A DNA stretch of 64,000 nucleotides from Marsupella aquatica (GCA_973895155.1 OZ316894.1:11005874-11069873); one strand, 5' to 3'; shown: positions 50,764-63,727, counted from the first letter of the stretch. Numbers and translations: made by a program. Notes: generated from the letters alone by a model not told the origin.

Positions 50764-53700
50764 TTTTATTATTATTATTTTTTTCTTTTTTAGGAAGGCG
50801 ACAATGCGCAACTTTATTCAACGACACCCGCGGCGAAAACCAGCAAGAGGAGAAAAACAAGCCTGGAACCCAGGGTGCCTGAGAGCCCCCCCCCCCCCCC
50901 CAAGGCAAGAGCACCGGCCCCCAACGAGCCGCAGCAGAGAGGACCGGGCAGCAAGCCAGCAACAACAGACAAAGACCAGGACCCAGGGGAACCCAAGACA
51001 GCATCCAAGCCAAGGGGAACACGAAGGCCCACCAAGAGGCACACACCAAGGGCCCAAAGGGGATTCAGTGCAGGTCATCGGGCATAAGTGAACCAAGATC
51101 TAAAGTGCCAGCAAACGGAAGGCAAGTCAAAAGGACATTGATCCTGAAAACAAACTGGCAATTACCCCTCACAGGCACGAAAACCGTGAAGAGCAAAAGC
51201 ACCCCTCTAATGGTGGGGGACACAATGGAAGACATAGGTAGCAGAATCATTCAAGCACAAAGAACAACAACAGGATAGCCACTTCAAGGATTATTATGTT
51301 TGATGGTGCATCTATCAGTCATGTCAGTCAGGTCAATGAGTGTCCTGCTTAAGCTCCTAGTTTTTCTTGTCCCCTTAGTCCTTTGAAGGGTCGCATGGAC
51401 ACTGATGACAACCCCATGGAGGATAAGTTGCAGTGGGAATCTGGTGGCGGTGGCTTGGTATGTTCATTGGCTTCTTTCAGTCCAGATGCTAGTGATCATT
51501 TGATGCATCAGAAGAAGAAAGCCAGGGTCTTGCTTCTGTGAACGGATGGCAGTGTCCAACTTGCCAAAAAAAGAGCATCCAGCTGCTTTATTGAGCCTGG
51601 TTCCGACAGCCATTTGGTTGAGCTGAGTCCAGCGGGTTCTCAGCCTAGGACACTCGTAGAGCATATGCTCGATGGTCTCAATGTTGCCTTGACAAGCTGT
51701 GCAATGCCCATTGCTCATGTCCCATTTCATAGCTCTCAAGTTGGAGAAGAATCCAGCATTGAGGACTTTCCAGAAGTCCAGTTTAACTCTAGGAGAGGTC
51801 CAGCCAGTCCACAAGTGAATCCACCGTCTTCTCCAGGTCTCAGGTGTGTCCATTGAGTGCCATCTACGGTTGAGTTGTGCAGTAGGCATGGTGTGTTGTT
51901 GCATCATGAGAGCCCAAGTTTTAGTCTGGATGTTCCATCCTTTTTTTTCTCCTTTGGTCCATCTCCAAACCCATCCCTCTGCATTTCTCAATTTCACAAA
52001 AGCAACCCCACTAGATCGATGTAGCAGCTCCATGATCTGTGTCAGGAGCCCCAAAGCACGCCCCCTGGTAGTTCTAATCGATCCAATAATTTGTTCAATG
52101 GTCTTCCATCTATTCTCATGAGTGACCAAGTCTGCAACAGTGAGGATTTTCCTGGTCGCCAATAGGCTCTGGTATTCGCGTATCTCATGCTCTCTTGCAG
52201 TAATGTGGCTGTGAATCAAGAATAGAAGTTGATCAATGAAAATACTGGTAGGTATTTTTCCTGTGGCAGGCTCAAAGTATAGGTATCTGTGAGCGGATTC
52301 CCAGCCCCAAAGCATACAGTTTAGGGTAGGGGCCAGGGATACCTTCAGCTCAGGGTAAAGAAGAAGAGTTTCACTGGGATCCCAATGTTTGCGTTCTTTT
52401 TTGAGTGGGCCTTTCTGCACACCAATGCTAATCATAGTTCTCGCCATGCAAACCCAAGCAGTGTCAAAACCAGTGAGCAGCTTGGTGATACTTTGCATTT
52501 TGCAAACCTGGGATTGAAGATCAAAAGATCGAATGGCCAGTCCTCCCTCATCATAGGGTCTGGTGATGGTGTCCCAGGCAACTAGGGCTTTTTTATTTGC
52601 TCCGATGGTGTTTTTTCCCCACAGGAAGTTGCGACAGACCTTTTCAAGTTGCTGGTATCCAGTCTTCTGGATGTTGAGAAGCATCAGGTGATATACCGGA
52701 ATCGCCCTTAGAACATGCTTAAGAAGAACTAACCTGGCAGCTTGTGTAAGAGTCCTGTTAGTCCAATGCCTCAGTCTCTTGCAAACTTTGCCAAGAAGGA
52801 ACTCTGTTTCCTGAGAGGGCTTAATTCCATTCCCAATGGGGCAGCCCAGGTAGGTGATGATCTCTCCCTTGGCGGCAATGCGGCAGCCTGTTCTTGCAAT
52901 CCAGTCAGGTTGATCAGTGTGGTCAAGCTGAATGATTACAGATTTTTCAATGTTCAGAAGTGCCCCAGAGATTCTCTCGTACTTCTTCACGACACTGCAC
53001 GCAATAGCAAATTCGAGTTCAATGGCCTTAAGAAAAAGTCCCATATCATCGGCAAAGAGTTGGTGAAGAAGCTTCTTCTCAGTGCCAGTGTTGATTCCTT
53101 GAAGTTCTCCAGAATCAAGTTTAGCCTGAAGCAAACACATCAGTGGTTGAGTAGCAATGGCGAAAAGAAGTGAGGCTGCAGGGCAGCCTTGTCTAACTCC
53201 TCTCTCAAGTGGAATCTCTCTGGTGAAGCCTTCGTTAACATGAACCTTAGAGACAGCATTGATAACCAATCCTTTAATCAAGGAGATGAATTTAGGGTCA
53301 AAATTCATGTGCAAAAGGGTGTCCCAGAGGAAGGTATGATCAATCCCATCATAGGCTTTGGCAAAGTCCAATTTTAGAAAAACTGCGGGTTGCTGAGTGA
53401 TTTTGGTGAATTCTTGTCCCACTTTGAATGCCTGTACATTGTCCATAATGCTCCTACCAGCAATAAACCCAATCTGTTGAGAAGACACAAGTTTGGGCAC
53501 CACCTTCTTGAGTCTATTGGAGATGATCTTGGCTGCAATCTTATGTGTAATAGTAAGCATGGTTAGTGGCCTCCAGTTCTTGAGTAGCTGAGTATCTCCA
53601 TCCTTAGGAATGAGCTTAATTACTCCCGTTGACACTTTTGAAGTAAGTAATCCATCCCTCCAGAAGGCTTTGACCATGTTGCAGCAGTCCTCTTTCATCC

Positions 53701-54111
53701 ATTCCCAGCTTACTTGGAGAACTTCAGCAGTTACCCCATCTAGTCCAGGCGACTTGTTGGTTGGGAACTTTTGCACCACTGCTGTGATTTCAGTGTCACT
53801 AGGTTCACCAATTAGAGCCCTGTTATGCTCATCGTTGACTTTGTTGCGAATGAGAGACAACGCTTCAGCTCTCTCAGCTGAATTGTTGCTGACGTTTGCA
53901 TCTGCAGTGAATAAGGAAGAGTAGTACTCACTGGTTTTCTCTAGGATTTGTTTTTCATCATCTATCACACTGCCTTCATCTAGGGCAAGAAGCTTGATAG
54001 TTTCCCTGCATTGTTTGGCTTTCACTTGTAGGAAGAAATACCTTGATGGGGCATCACCAAGAGAAAGCCACCGAACTCTGCTGCGTCTGCGCCATATCTC
54101 AGCCTCTTTGA
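50762..54111 (-). mobile_element. L1-clade LINE (3' part), interrupted by the CACTA insertion at 54112
   Basis: A/AAT-rich tail at 50762-50791 preceded by AATAAA; long open RT frame; the sequence switches to a CACTA terminus at 54112. Confidence 0.9.
51464..54111 (-). pseudogene. LINE ORF2 RT plus zf-RVT portion (~880 aa open)
   Basis: KSPGLDG, WRPLTML, KLDFAKAYD, GVRQGCP, LFADD, YLGCP, CTACQ..ETIEHMLYEC. The N-terminal MALKCTSV of the ORF track is read from the CACTA terminus. Confidence 0.92.
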
Positions 54112-55084
54112 CACTAGTACATTTTAGGGCCATTATCCGATAGCTATTCCGTCGGATCCCTTCGGAAACTTCATTTCGGAAAAATCAACTATCCGATGTA
54201 ACCCGCTTCACAATATCCCATCCAATCCTCATCGAACATCAACCATCGGACTTACTTCGGACTTTCCGTTGCTGATGCCGACGGACTTTCCGATTCCAAC
54301 CCATTCGCAAACCTGCATATCCAATCCAATACTTATCGGACACCAACAAACACACGTACCTGTCTCAAAACGACCACTGTTCGATAGTAATGGTATGGGA
54401 TAGTTCCATAGTTTTTGCTACATACATTGCGATGCATGGAGTATCGGAGTTTACGATACGTTTAGTATCGGAGTTTGCCTCTGGAGAATTATCGGATGTT
54501 GCGTTAGACGTGGTATCGGATATTGCGATGTAATGAGGTTTGGAAAATCCAATGACGGTGCCATCGGACACATTGTTTTGATGTTTTGGTTTTGTTGGAG
54601 GGGTCCGATGCAAAAAGGATCGGATGCTGCGAAGGGGATTGAAACGGAAGGACCGATGAAGGTACGTGCAAACGAACATCATAACGGATGGCTTTGTTAC
54701 AATAGCTAGGGTTTCATGGGTGGTTATTTTGGGTTTGAGAACATCAACCAATATATTAGGGTCCAAAGGAGGCTCAAAACATGTGGTCAAAATCTCATAT
54801 TGAAAAAGGGGATGACCCCGATATGTACAGAATGGAATGGGCCTACCTAGTAGACCCATCTCGGCGACTGTTTGCTCCATGGGAACACCTAAATGGAGCA
54901 CTGAGTAGAGACTACACTCCATGGCACCTGCTAAGATCTAATCAAAGCTACCAGACCTACCTAAACGGCACTAACCTCTAAAAAGGTGTGTTCCATCCCT
55001 TCTTCTTCTTGTGGCGAGAGCAAAGCTGGGGAACAGGTGCGGGATCCACAACCGGTGGAGCCACCTGCTGACCAGATGGTGGGT

Positions 55085-57492
55085 CTAATCCTGTCCTACC
55101 CCCTGACCCACTAGATGCACCGCTAGGCACGGTAGAAGTCCCACCAACCCCTGACACAACAGAGTGAAAGGAGGCCTCGCCCCCCCGGCAGACCTACTAG
55201 AGTGATGAGAGGCTGCGGCTGCGGATGATGCATGTGGCCCATGCCGTGCTGTACTGCCACCTGACTCACGAGATAGTGCTAGACCCCTAGAGCCACCATC
55301 GTCCAAGTCACCACTGCCTTGACAAGGGGGGCTAGGTGCAGCAGATACTCCTCGATGAGGGGGGCTAGGTGCACCAGATACTCCTCGACGAGGGGGGTTA
55401 GGTGCAGAGCATACTCCTGAGCGATGGTGTGGGCCTGCACCACCTCTACTACCCCCTGAAGGCCCCGGCCTTGCAGCCCGCGATGCTCCCCGTGACTAAT
55501 GAGAGCTCACACCATCAATAGCATGTGACCCACCTCCCCTCCCTTCCAATGTGAGGGTAACATGAGGTATCTGGGCAGTAGGGGCAACTCTAGGAACAGT
55601 CTGGGCAACTATAGGAACAGCCCGGGAAACTCTAGGAATAGTCGCGGTAGCTCTAGGCTCCCTCTGCAACCCTGCCTCAGATGCTGAGTCCTCATCATCT
55701 GACTCCCCAGACCCCTCCTCCTCCTCCTGCACATTACAATTAATTAAAGTAAGGAACTTGGTCAAAACTCTACAAATGTAGCAATGCTCTAGCTAAGCAA
55801 AACATTGTCCCAACTTAGGTAGGGGGAGGAAACAATTACCTCTCCCAGCTCATCCTCAATCTGTCGCTTTAGAGCACAGGGTCCATCCCTTGCTGCTAGT
55901 TCCCTCTCTTTTGGATCAATGGGACGACCATACTCCCTCTCCTGACATTTCAAAATTAAAAGACCACTTCAGCACAATACATTTAGTTTCAACCATAAAA
56001 TCCACTCCCTATACCAAACTTCTCCCTCTCAAAACTCTATGCCTTCTATAACTTCTATAACTTACTTCACCCCTAGCAAATACTCTAAACCCTAAAAAAA
56101 TCACAAGTGAACTCAAGAAGGGGTCCATTCCGGAATTTCATGCAAGTCAAGCATCCCTATCCTATGCAATCAAAAAAACCCTAAACCCTGCCCGTTTTAA
56201 ACAAAATAAACCCAAATTCACTCGAAATATACTCATTCCGATGTAGCATCCGATGTGGATTCTATCGGACTGCTATCGGACCCCTCATCCGCTAAATTTG
56301 AATGTTACTATGTCCGATGCGGGTTCCGATGCGGGTTACAACGAACAAACATCGGACTTAACAGTCCCAAGAGCAAAACAAGGGGGATCGGAACGTGATA
56401 AAGCAAAACGGGACAACCAAAATGTTCACTCTTCGCAAGAGAAGTCAGGTGGTCAGGGAGAGGAGCAAGGGAGGAGGGAGCTAGGAGGGAGGAGGGAGGA
56501 GCCACTTACAAACTCGACCTTCAATCGATTGGAGCCACCTTGCCCCATCCGGTGAGTCACAATGGGCCTCTCTTCTACTCGCTTCAATGTTGCTATGATG
56601 TTTGCAGGAGGTTTTTGAAGTCTTGCTGCTTGAGCTGCCCACTGTCAAAGGTTCAGTTGGAGGGGGGCCATGTCAATATCCTCCCCGACAGCTCGCTTTT
56701 CTTCTGCAATCCTGATTTCATTGTCCCAATGTCGTCTCTTTAGCCAGGCTCGAACAGAGAGCTCCTCCTCAAGCCAAGCTATCCATGCATTCTGGGGAAT
56801 CACATCTGGACACTGGTGCTCCCTGACCACCTCTGCATCTATTGGCAAATCAGTAAGGTAATCCCTCATCTTCTCCCGCACATGATTCCTTGCATCTCAA
56901 ACAGAGGCTGAAATTCGACTGTTTAGAAATCTGTCTTCAAGGTGGGCTCCGTTCTTGAATCTTTCTTTGATCTGCTCCCGAACCCTGGTCCTCTCCTCCT
57001 CTGTTTTCTTACCCCAGTAGTCTAGTGGCCCAAAATTTGCCCTCACAACCTGCAAGAATTGGCTGCGGAACAAATTGTAGCTCCTAGGCATTGGAGCCCC
57101 ACCTGAATTGATAGCCAGCTCAGGTTGCAGAGCCCTCTCAGCCTCCCTTCGCCTTTGCTCCTCAACTCGCAGCCTCTCTGCCTCCCTAGCTTCTCTTCAA
57201 AGCTTTTCTCCCTTTTCTGAGGAGAGAGAGCCTCCTCACCATTTGCCCTAGCCCTCTCCGCCTCCTTTCTCTTCTTCCTTGCCTCTTTCTCTGTTGCGAG
57301 GCCTGCTGCAGCAACCTTCTCTGCCTCACCTTTTGAGGCATCAAGCAAAACCTGAAGCACCGGGACTACTCTTGCTGCATCCTCCACTGAAAGCCCTGCC
57401 TTGGCCACAAACAACTCCCTCATTATCTCCTCATATGGCCGGGATGGCCCAGCCCCGTCTCCCCCATCACCCGATCCTCCTTCCCCCACCAT
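55085..57492 (-). pseudogene. TnpA-like (En/Spm accessory) gene, 3 exons, mutated
   Basis: Exons ~57492-56510, 55941-55840 and 55726-~55085 with GT-AG junctions in phase 0. Coiled-coil N-terminus, CPDVIPQNAW and HRMGQGG motifs resembling CACTA TnpA-like proteins, P/S-rich tail with 33-bp repeats (55326-55420). Contains stops and frameshifts. Confidence 0.6.
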
Positions 57493-57849
57493 CTCTCCTC
57501 CTTCCCGAGCTCCTCCCCTCTCAGCCTTAGAAAATTTTCTGAAATGACTGATGTGCGAAGGAAGCCCCGTAGTGTGCGCCTTCGCAAGCGCATCGGGATT
57601 TACGGATTTCAAATTTTGAATCAAGTCCGATTGTTTTCGCTTCGGAACGTCCGTAGCGTATAGTATTGAATGTCAAATCGGACCTTCCGATGCATGTTGC
57701 ATCGGACCCCTCCTCCAGCTCGTTATTCCTCGCTTTTACGAAGTGTGATACGTTGGAAACGGTATCGGACCCCTCGTGTAATGTTATCGGATAGGGGGTT
57801 AAGGAGGGCTTATGTAGGGGTCATGTAGGTGTATGTGGGAAGGACCGGT

Positions 57850-58487
57850 GGCCTCATTCACAATTGGGTGTACCTCGCAGGAACCACTTTCAGGACTCAA
57901 AAACATGTTTTTTTAGTGAAAAATGACTTTCATAACATGAAAAAAGGTTCATCATGATTTTATCTCAAGACATTTAAGTCTAATTTTTTCACAATACTAT
58001 TTTACATGGTGTAACCTACCTCACCATGTAGATACATCAAGTTTTCAACTGTTTTAAGGGATCCTGTTATTGATGGTCCTAAATAAGCCAAAATTACTGA
58101 TTATTTTTGTCCTGTACATAAAGGTTTAGTGTGTGTCACTATTTAAGTCTTGAAATATAAGATTATGCTATTAGTATGCATGCTTTGGTAAAATATTATT
58201 GTCTAAAATGCATTTTTTAGAGTCCTTTTGAGTCCTGAAATGATGTGACCCGTTGCGTGACAAGTCCTTTTATCAATCTTTGAAGGACATATAAGGAGAG
58301 CTTCAAAGTCTCAAATGCTAGATAGTTTAATGAATGTTACCAACATATAGGATGTTTATTAAGTATAGTACATCAAATTTTCTATATCATCTCATTACAC
58401 CCTAAAAATGATATCCTAAAGCATAATAAACTATGGTCACTTTTGAGTGTGACGTTCCTTTTGGGTCCTCCAATTGTGAATGAGGCC
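57850..58487. mobile_element. MITE with 18-bp TIR and 4-bp TSD (Sola-like) nested in the CACTA
   Basis: TIR GGCCTCATTCACAATTGG / CCAATTGTGAATGAGGCC; TSD CGGT at 57846-57849 and 58488-58491; AT-rich interior. Confidence 0.85.
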
Positions 58488-59046
58488 CGGTTGTATTAAC
58501 ATTTAATCGTCATGTATGTTTGAATCAGGTTTTATAGGGCCATACATGTAGACACATACCGCAGGGGGTTGGCAACGGTGTCGTGGATGTGATATATCGA
58601 CCTTCTTGCAATTTTGGGGTTTGTACCTGAATCCAGATTTTTTTGTGATATACTTTGGTTATCCATGTTCAATTTGCTAATATTCGTTGGGTTTGATGTG
58701 CAGTACCTTGGTTTTGAAGGGGTGGTTAGGTTTTTGTATGGTTAGGCTATTTCAGGTTTGGCATGCAAGTTTTTATCATATGTGCTTGAGCTTGTTTTCT
58801 GCAATTGTAGATCATGCATGCTCATTATGAAAATGTCCACCTTGTAGAGATTCTGGATATCCCCACACTTTGTGTGTAGAGAATACGGCCTAGTAGGCAC
58901 GGCAGAGCGCGGGTATCATTGAGGTATAGCAAGTGTTGTATATATGTCTCTCATTCAATTGTTTTTCTAGACATAAATATTTGTTTTGCTGGTTTTTTTC
59001 TTTCATCCAACATATTGTCATGGTTGTATGATATATATGCAGATCG

Positions 59047-60349
59047 ATGTTTGCTTCCGATAGTTCCACGTCGGATTCAGACTCAGACACAAGCTCGTCT
59101 GAGGAGGAGGTTCCTCCACCCCCTCCTCCAGACCAACCTCGTGCTCGGCCACTAGGGTCCATACCTTGTTGGTGTGTGAGATGTAAGGGACTTGTGGTTC
59201 GACATGCCTGGGAGACTTGTGAGCACATCGAGAACTATGGTCGCCACAAGGGTGATACACTAGGGTATTTGCCTAGCCAGGTAATAAATACGTCCCTCCT
59301 TCATTCCATGAAATTCCAATAATTAGTCCACAAATGCTAAATTACTTTACATCTAAACAACAATTCATGTATTGATTTGTGTCAAATCATTGTTTGTTGA
59401 AATAGGTGCCTCGTAGACACCCACCTCCTCTGGTTGATAATGCTATGTGGTTGGAAGGGTTTCTAGCAAGGGCTAGTGAGTTGCTTGCATCTGCCCTTGC
59501 CCATCCACCTCTTAGTCCCCTTGCTCCTATCCCCACACATGCGCATGTAGACAAGGATGCACCGGTCTCTCGACCCGAGGAAATGGATACTAGGGTCCTA
59601 CGTACACGTTCACGGTCTCGCAGACATAGACAACAATCTGAACCGATGGATCAGGTAGAGAATCGGGAGGAGGCGTTACGTAGTGATCGACCACCCGGAA
59701 ATGGAGATTATATTTGTGTTGAGGGCCGGTTTGGACTATCTTATCTCACTGGTAGGGCTGCTGATGTTTGGAAGGACTTTTCTCCTAGTCTCTTCAAATT
59801 TCCAGATTTCATTCATACTGATGAACCAGTTGACATATGGGGTCGGCCTTGGATAGTGAAGGCATCCTCTATTGGTGCTGATATAGGATATGGTCTATAT
59901 GCTTTGGAGGACATTGTGGTCCCTCCAAAGCCATGGAGACGTGGATATGATGGAGAGCACCCTTCCCTTACATTGGGGCTGTATATAATGCAAAGAGTTT
60001 GAAGACTTTGTTGCGTCAGCACCCAAGCTGGGGGGTGTACGCCTTGAGGATGGACTCAGACCCAGATGAAGTTTTGACTAGGCCGTGGCATTGTAGGATG
60101 ATTGATGGTGACCCTATTCGGAATGGTAATTTAGCAGGGTACATCAATAGTACAACGGGTAGAGGTAGAGATTTTGAGGCTAATGTAGAGTGGATCCAAA
60201 TTTTTGGCCCTCCTAGAGATCCGTATTTTGTGAAACATATGGATGACCATATCATGACAGTAGCCATTAGGACTATTAGAGCCGGTGAGGAGATATTGTG
60301 TGAGTATGAGTGGGACGCCCCAAAATTGTCCCTACGTTGCCGTCCATGA
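59047..60349 (+). pseudogene. Transposase-associated-domain plus SET-domain gene inside the CACTA (one frameshift)
   Basis: Exon 59047-59280 (IPCWCVRCK..CEHIENYG, like the CACTA transposase-associated CxCxxC..H domain), GT-AG intron, exon from 59406. SET motifs: VKASSIGADIGYGLYALEDI, FPYIGAVY, IDGDPIRNGNLAGYINS, ANVEW, IMTVAIRTIRAGEEILCEY. A 1-nt frameshift lies at ~59955-59960. Confidence 0.85.
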
Positions 60350-60529
60350 TAGTATGTTGGACTTACATGCATGTAAATCTTACATTGAATTAATGAGATT
60401 CATGATGATTTATATATATATATATATATATATTGATGATTGTAATGAGATTAATGTTAATGAGATTGCATTGATGTTGTATGATAGAACTAATATGTAC
60501 AATCTGATATTGGGGTCATATCACAAGCT

Positions 60530-63500
60530 ATGCGACAACACATTGTTGAGGCCATGGTGGCCAACCATGGGCATGATGGAGGGATGCAGGAGGATGATGT
60601 ACAACATGAGGGTGATAATCCTACTCAAGCACATCTGGATGAGGAGAGGGCCATGGATGAGCTCATGGACCAATTTTATGATGATGATGTTGATATTGGT
60701 ATGGAGGATATGGGTACAACTGATGACAACACCACTCATCCAGGACCTTCTAGGGGGGGACAGAACAAGGATTGGGAGGAGGCTCAACGTCATGCTCGTA
60801 CTCGCATATTTGAGGGTAGCACCTTATCTCGGCTCTCCGCAATAATGTTGTTGCTGAATGTGCAGCAAAGACATGGGGCCAGCAACCTACTTTTGGATGA
60901 TGTTTTTCGTACCTTGCATGATCGTATTTTGCCACCAGGCAATACCATGCCAGCCTCTTGGAAGGAGGCAAAACAAGTGTTGAAGTCCATTGGCCTCAAG
61001 TATGTAGTGATACATGCATGTGTGAATGATTTCATTCTTTTTAGGGGGGAGCATGAGAATGCAACTGCATGTCCGAAGTGTGAGAAGCCGCGCTACCGTG
61101 ATGACATGTTGACAGGGAAGGTGCCTCAAAAGGTTATGTGATACTTTCCTCTCATCCCCCGATTGCGACATCAGTACCGTTGTGCAGAGTTAGCTTAGTA
61201 CATGGTATGGCACTCAAAGAATCGTTCTGATATGGCTACGAACTCTAGTGCCATGCGGATGATGGTTGACTCTCATGCCAATCGATTTGTTGAGGGCAGA
61301 TGGGGGGAGTTCAGCACTGAACCACGACATGTTCGACTTGGCTTGGCAGTTGATGGTATCAGCCCTTTTGCATTGGCGGGTAAAGCAAAACGATATTCAG
61401 TATGGCCAGTAGTTTTGACTAACTACAATATCCCTCCATGGATGGCCATGAAGAAAGGTCATTTACTGCTCTCCATGATCATTCCGGGTCCTAAGCAAGT
61501 AAAAAAGATTGACATCTACTTGCAACCATTGATTGATGAGCTTTTGCAATTGTGGAGAGGAGTGGATTGTTATGACGGACGTCGCAATACAGGAGGTGTA
61601 CCTCGCGCGTTTACCCTCAAGGCCATCCTTATGTGGACCATGCATGACCTACTAGGTATGACCTGATAAACCTTAGCTTATTTCCTTGATGTACTACCTT
61701 AAATTTAGTGTGCATTAACCTTATTTCATAATTGGTTGGTTGTATATGGGCTTGGTACAGGGTTTGGGTATATCTCTGGATTGCAAACATCAGGCTATCG
61801 AGCTTGCCCTTCATGCGGACCGGATTTGGAGGGAGTGGCAAGACGCAAGTCAAGTACTTTGCGTAAGATAGTTTACATTGGTCATACCAAATATCTTCCA
61901 GCAGACCATCCTTGGAGGAGTGATCATTTCTTGTATGACACTGATGAGGGCCAACCTGATACTCGTCCTCAACCTCAGCGAAAGGATCCAACATATTGGA
62001 GAGAGGTATGGGAGAGAGTTCAAGACCCTGATGATCCATTACAGTTTCTCCGATGTGGCATGACCCGTTTATCTGCATTGTCACAGTTGCCATATTGGTC
62101 AGAGATGCCCATTAATCACTTGTTGGATGCGATGCACATTGAGGGAAATGTGGGGAGATCATTGATTCATCATCTATATGGGGAGAAGAACCACAACTGG
62201 AGAGAAAGTTGTGAGGAGATGGGGATGCATGGTCTTTTGGGTTTTTGGCCATCTTTGGACCCCCCTGGTGATCCCCCTAGCATCCATCCTCCTTGGGTTT
62301 TGACCAGGGCAGAGCGCATAGAGTTTCGCAGACGGATTGGGTCAATGAGGTTTCCCACAGGTTATGGTGCCAATATTTGTAAGGCATTTGGGGGGGATGA
62401 TTCTCCAAAATGGCCATCGTACCTGAAAACACATGATTATCATCGGTTACTAGAACATGTCATTCCAGTTGCGATTATTGGATTGGGTAGTGAGGAACTT
62501 CGTGATGCTCTTTGGTCATTGGGCAAGTTTTTGAGATGGGTATGTCAGAAGGAGGTACCAGAGGATGACATTGTTGCGATGGAGATATTTGGAGTAGAGG
62601 TTGTTTGCAAGTTGGAGAAGGCACTTCCACCCTCATTCTTTGATGGTCAGGTTCATTTCCTCATACATTTAGTGCGTGAGGTAGCAATTGCAGGCCCGGT
62701 ACATTGTCGATGGATGTATTGGGTAGAGCGTTACATGGGGGTGATGAAGTCATATGTCTCTAATCGGGCTAGGGTGGAAGGTAGCATTGCAGAGCGTCAT
62801 CTTGGAGCAGAGAGTATGTTTTATTGTACAAACATAGTTGCCACGCTAGATCCAAGGGCACCTAGGGGATGGATAGATGAGGCGGCACGAGAGGCAGACT
62901 ATGAGGATGATAGACTCACTGGGGCATCAAGAGAGCATGGCTTAGGCTCAGCAGAGCGTTTGCAACTTACAACATTTATGTTGTATAACTCACCAGAGGT
63001 TGTAGGGGAGTGGACAACATTTTATGAGGAGAAGCAAAATAGTTGACAGCCACGGTTGTTTCCCAAGTTTCACCCATACATGAAATCAAAGTTGTTAGAA
63101 GTGGATGCCTTGGTGGGTACTGGAGACAGTATATTACATTACCCACAAGTGACTGATAAGCTTCGTACCTTGGTTCATGGTCCACTGCTTAAAGTCACGA
63201 CTTGGATGGCAATGTGGTCAAAGGGGAGACATTTCCGTGTGGAACGACTTGATGAGAAGAGAGTAGCTACACAAGATTGTGGGGTGATGGGTTGGTTCAC
63301 CCAGGATTCCCAGAGTAGCACGTCGGACATGAACCCCATTCGCTCCACCGTGGCCCATTATGGGAAGATTGATGAGATCCTGACAGTGAAGTACCATGCA
63401 CATACTAATTTGGAGGAGGTGGTATTTATGTGCAAATGGTTCAAGATGAATCTTGTAGGCAACAATCGAACATGTGAAGATGATGCGTGCGGATTTACCC

Positions 63501-63727
63501 GTTTGAAGACATCTGCAAATAGTGTCATTAGTTCCAATTGGAGGTCCTCAGATCCCTTTGCCTTCCCACATCACCTTGAGCAGTGCTTTTACCTACCCTA
63601 TCCAGATGACCCACATTGGTCCATTGTCATGCCATATATCCCTAGATCACGGTCTATAGTCCAAGAGAGACCCAATGTCGTTGTAGTGGAAGACAACGAC
63701 ATCCCCGACCCTCCACAAGCTAGTTAG
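60530..63727 (+). pseudogene. TnpD: CACTA transposase (TnpD/Tnp2 type), with in-frame stops
   Basis: IHACVND..LFRGE..CPKC..RY, PRHVRLGLAVDGISPF, YSVWPVVLTNYNIPPW, IDIYLQPLIDEL, ACPSC, HLLDAMHIEGNV, LKTHDYH, GPVHCRWMYWVERYM, YGKIDEIL, DPFAFP..QCFY. Intron 61656-61760; stops at 61139, 61196 and 63044. Confidence 0.95.

Noticed and set aside
54112-54133. ATG start (MALKCTSV) of the 889-aa RT ORF
   Set aside because: Fortuitous reading of the CACTA terminus fused to the interrupted LINE ORF2.
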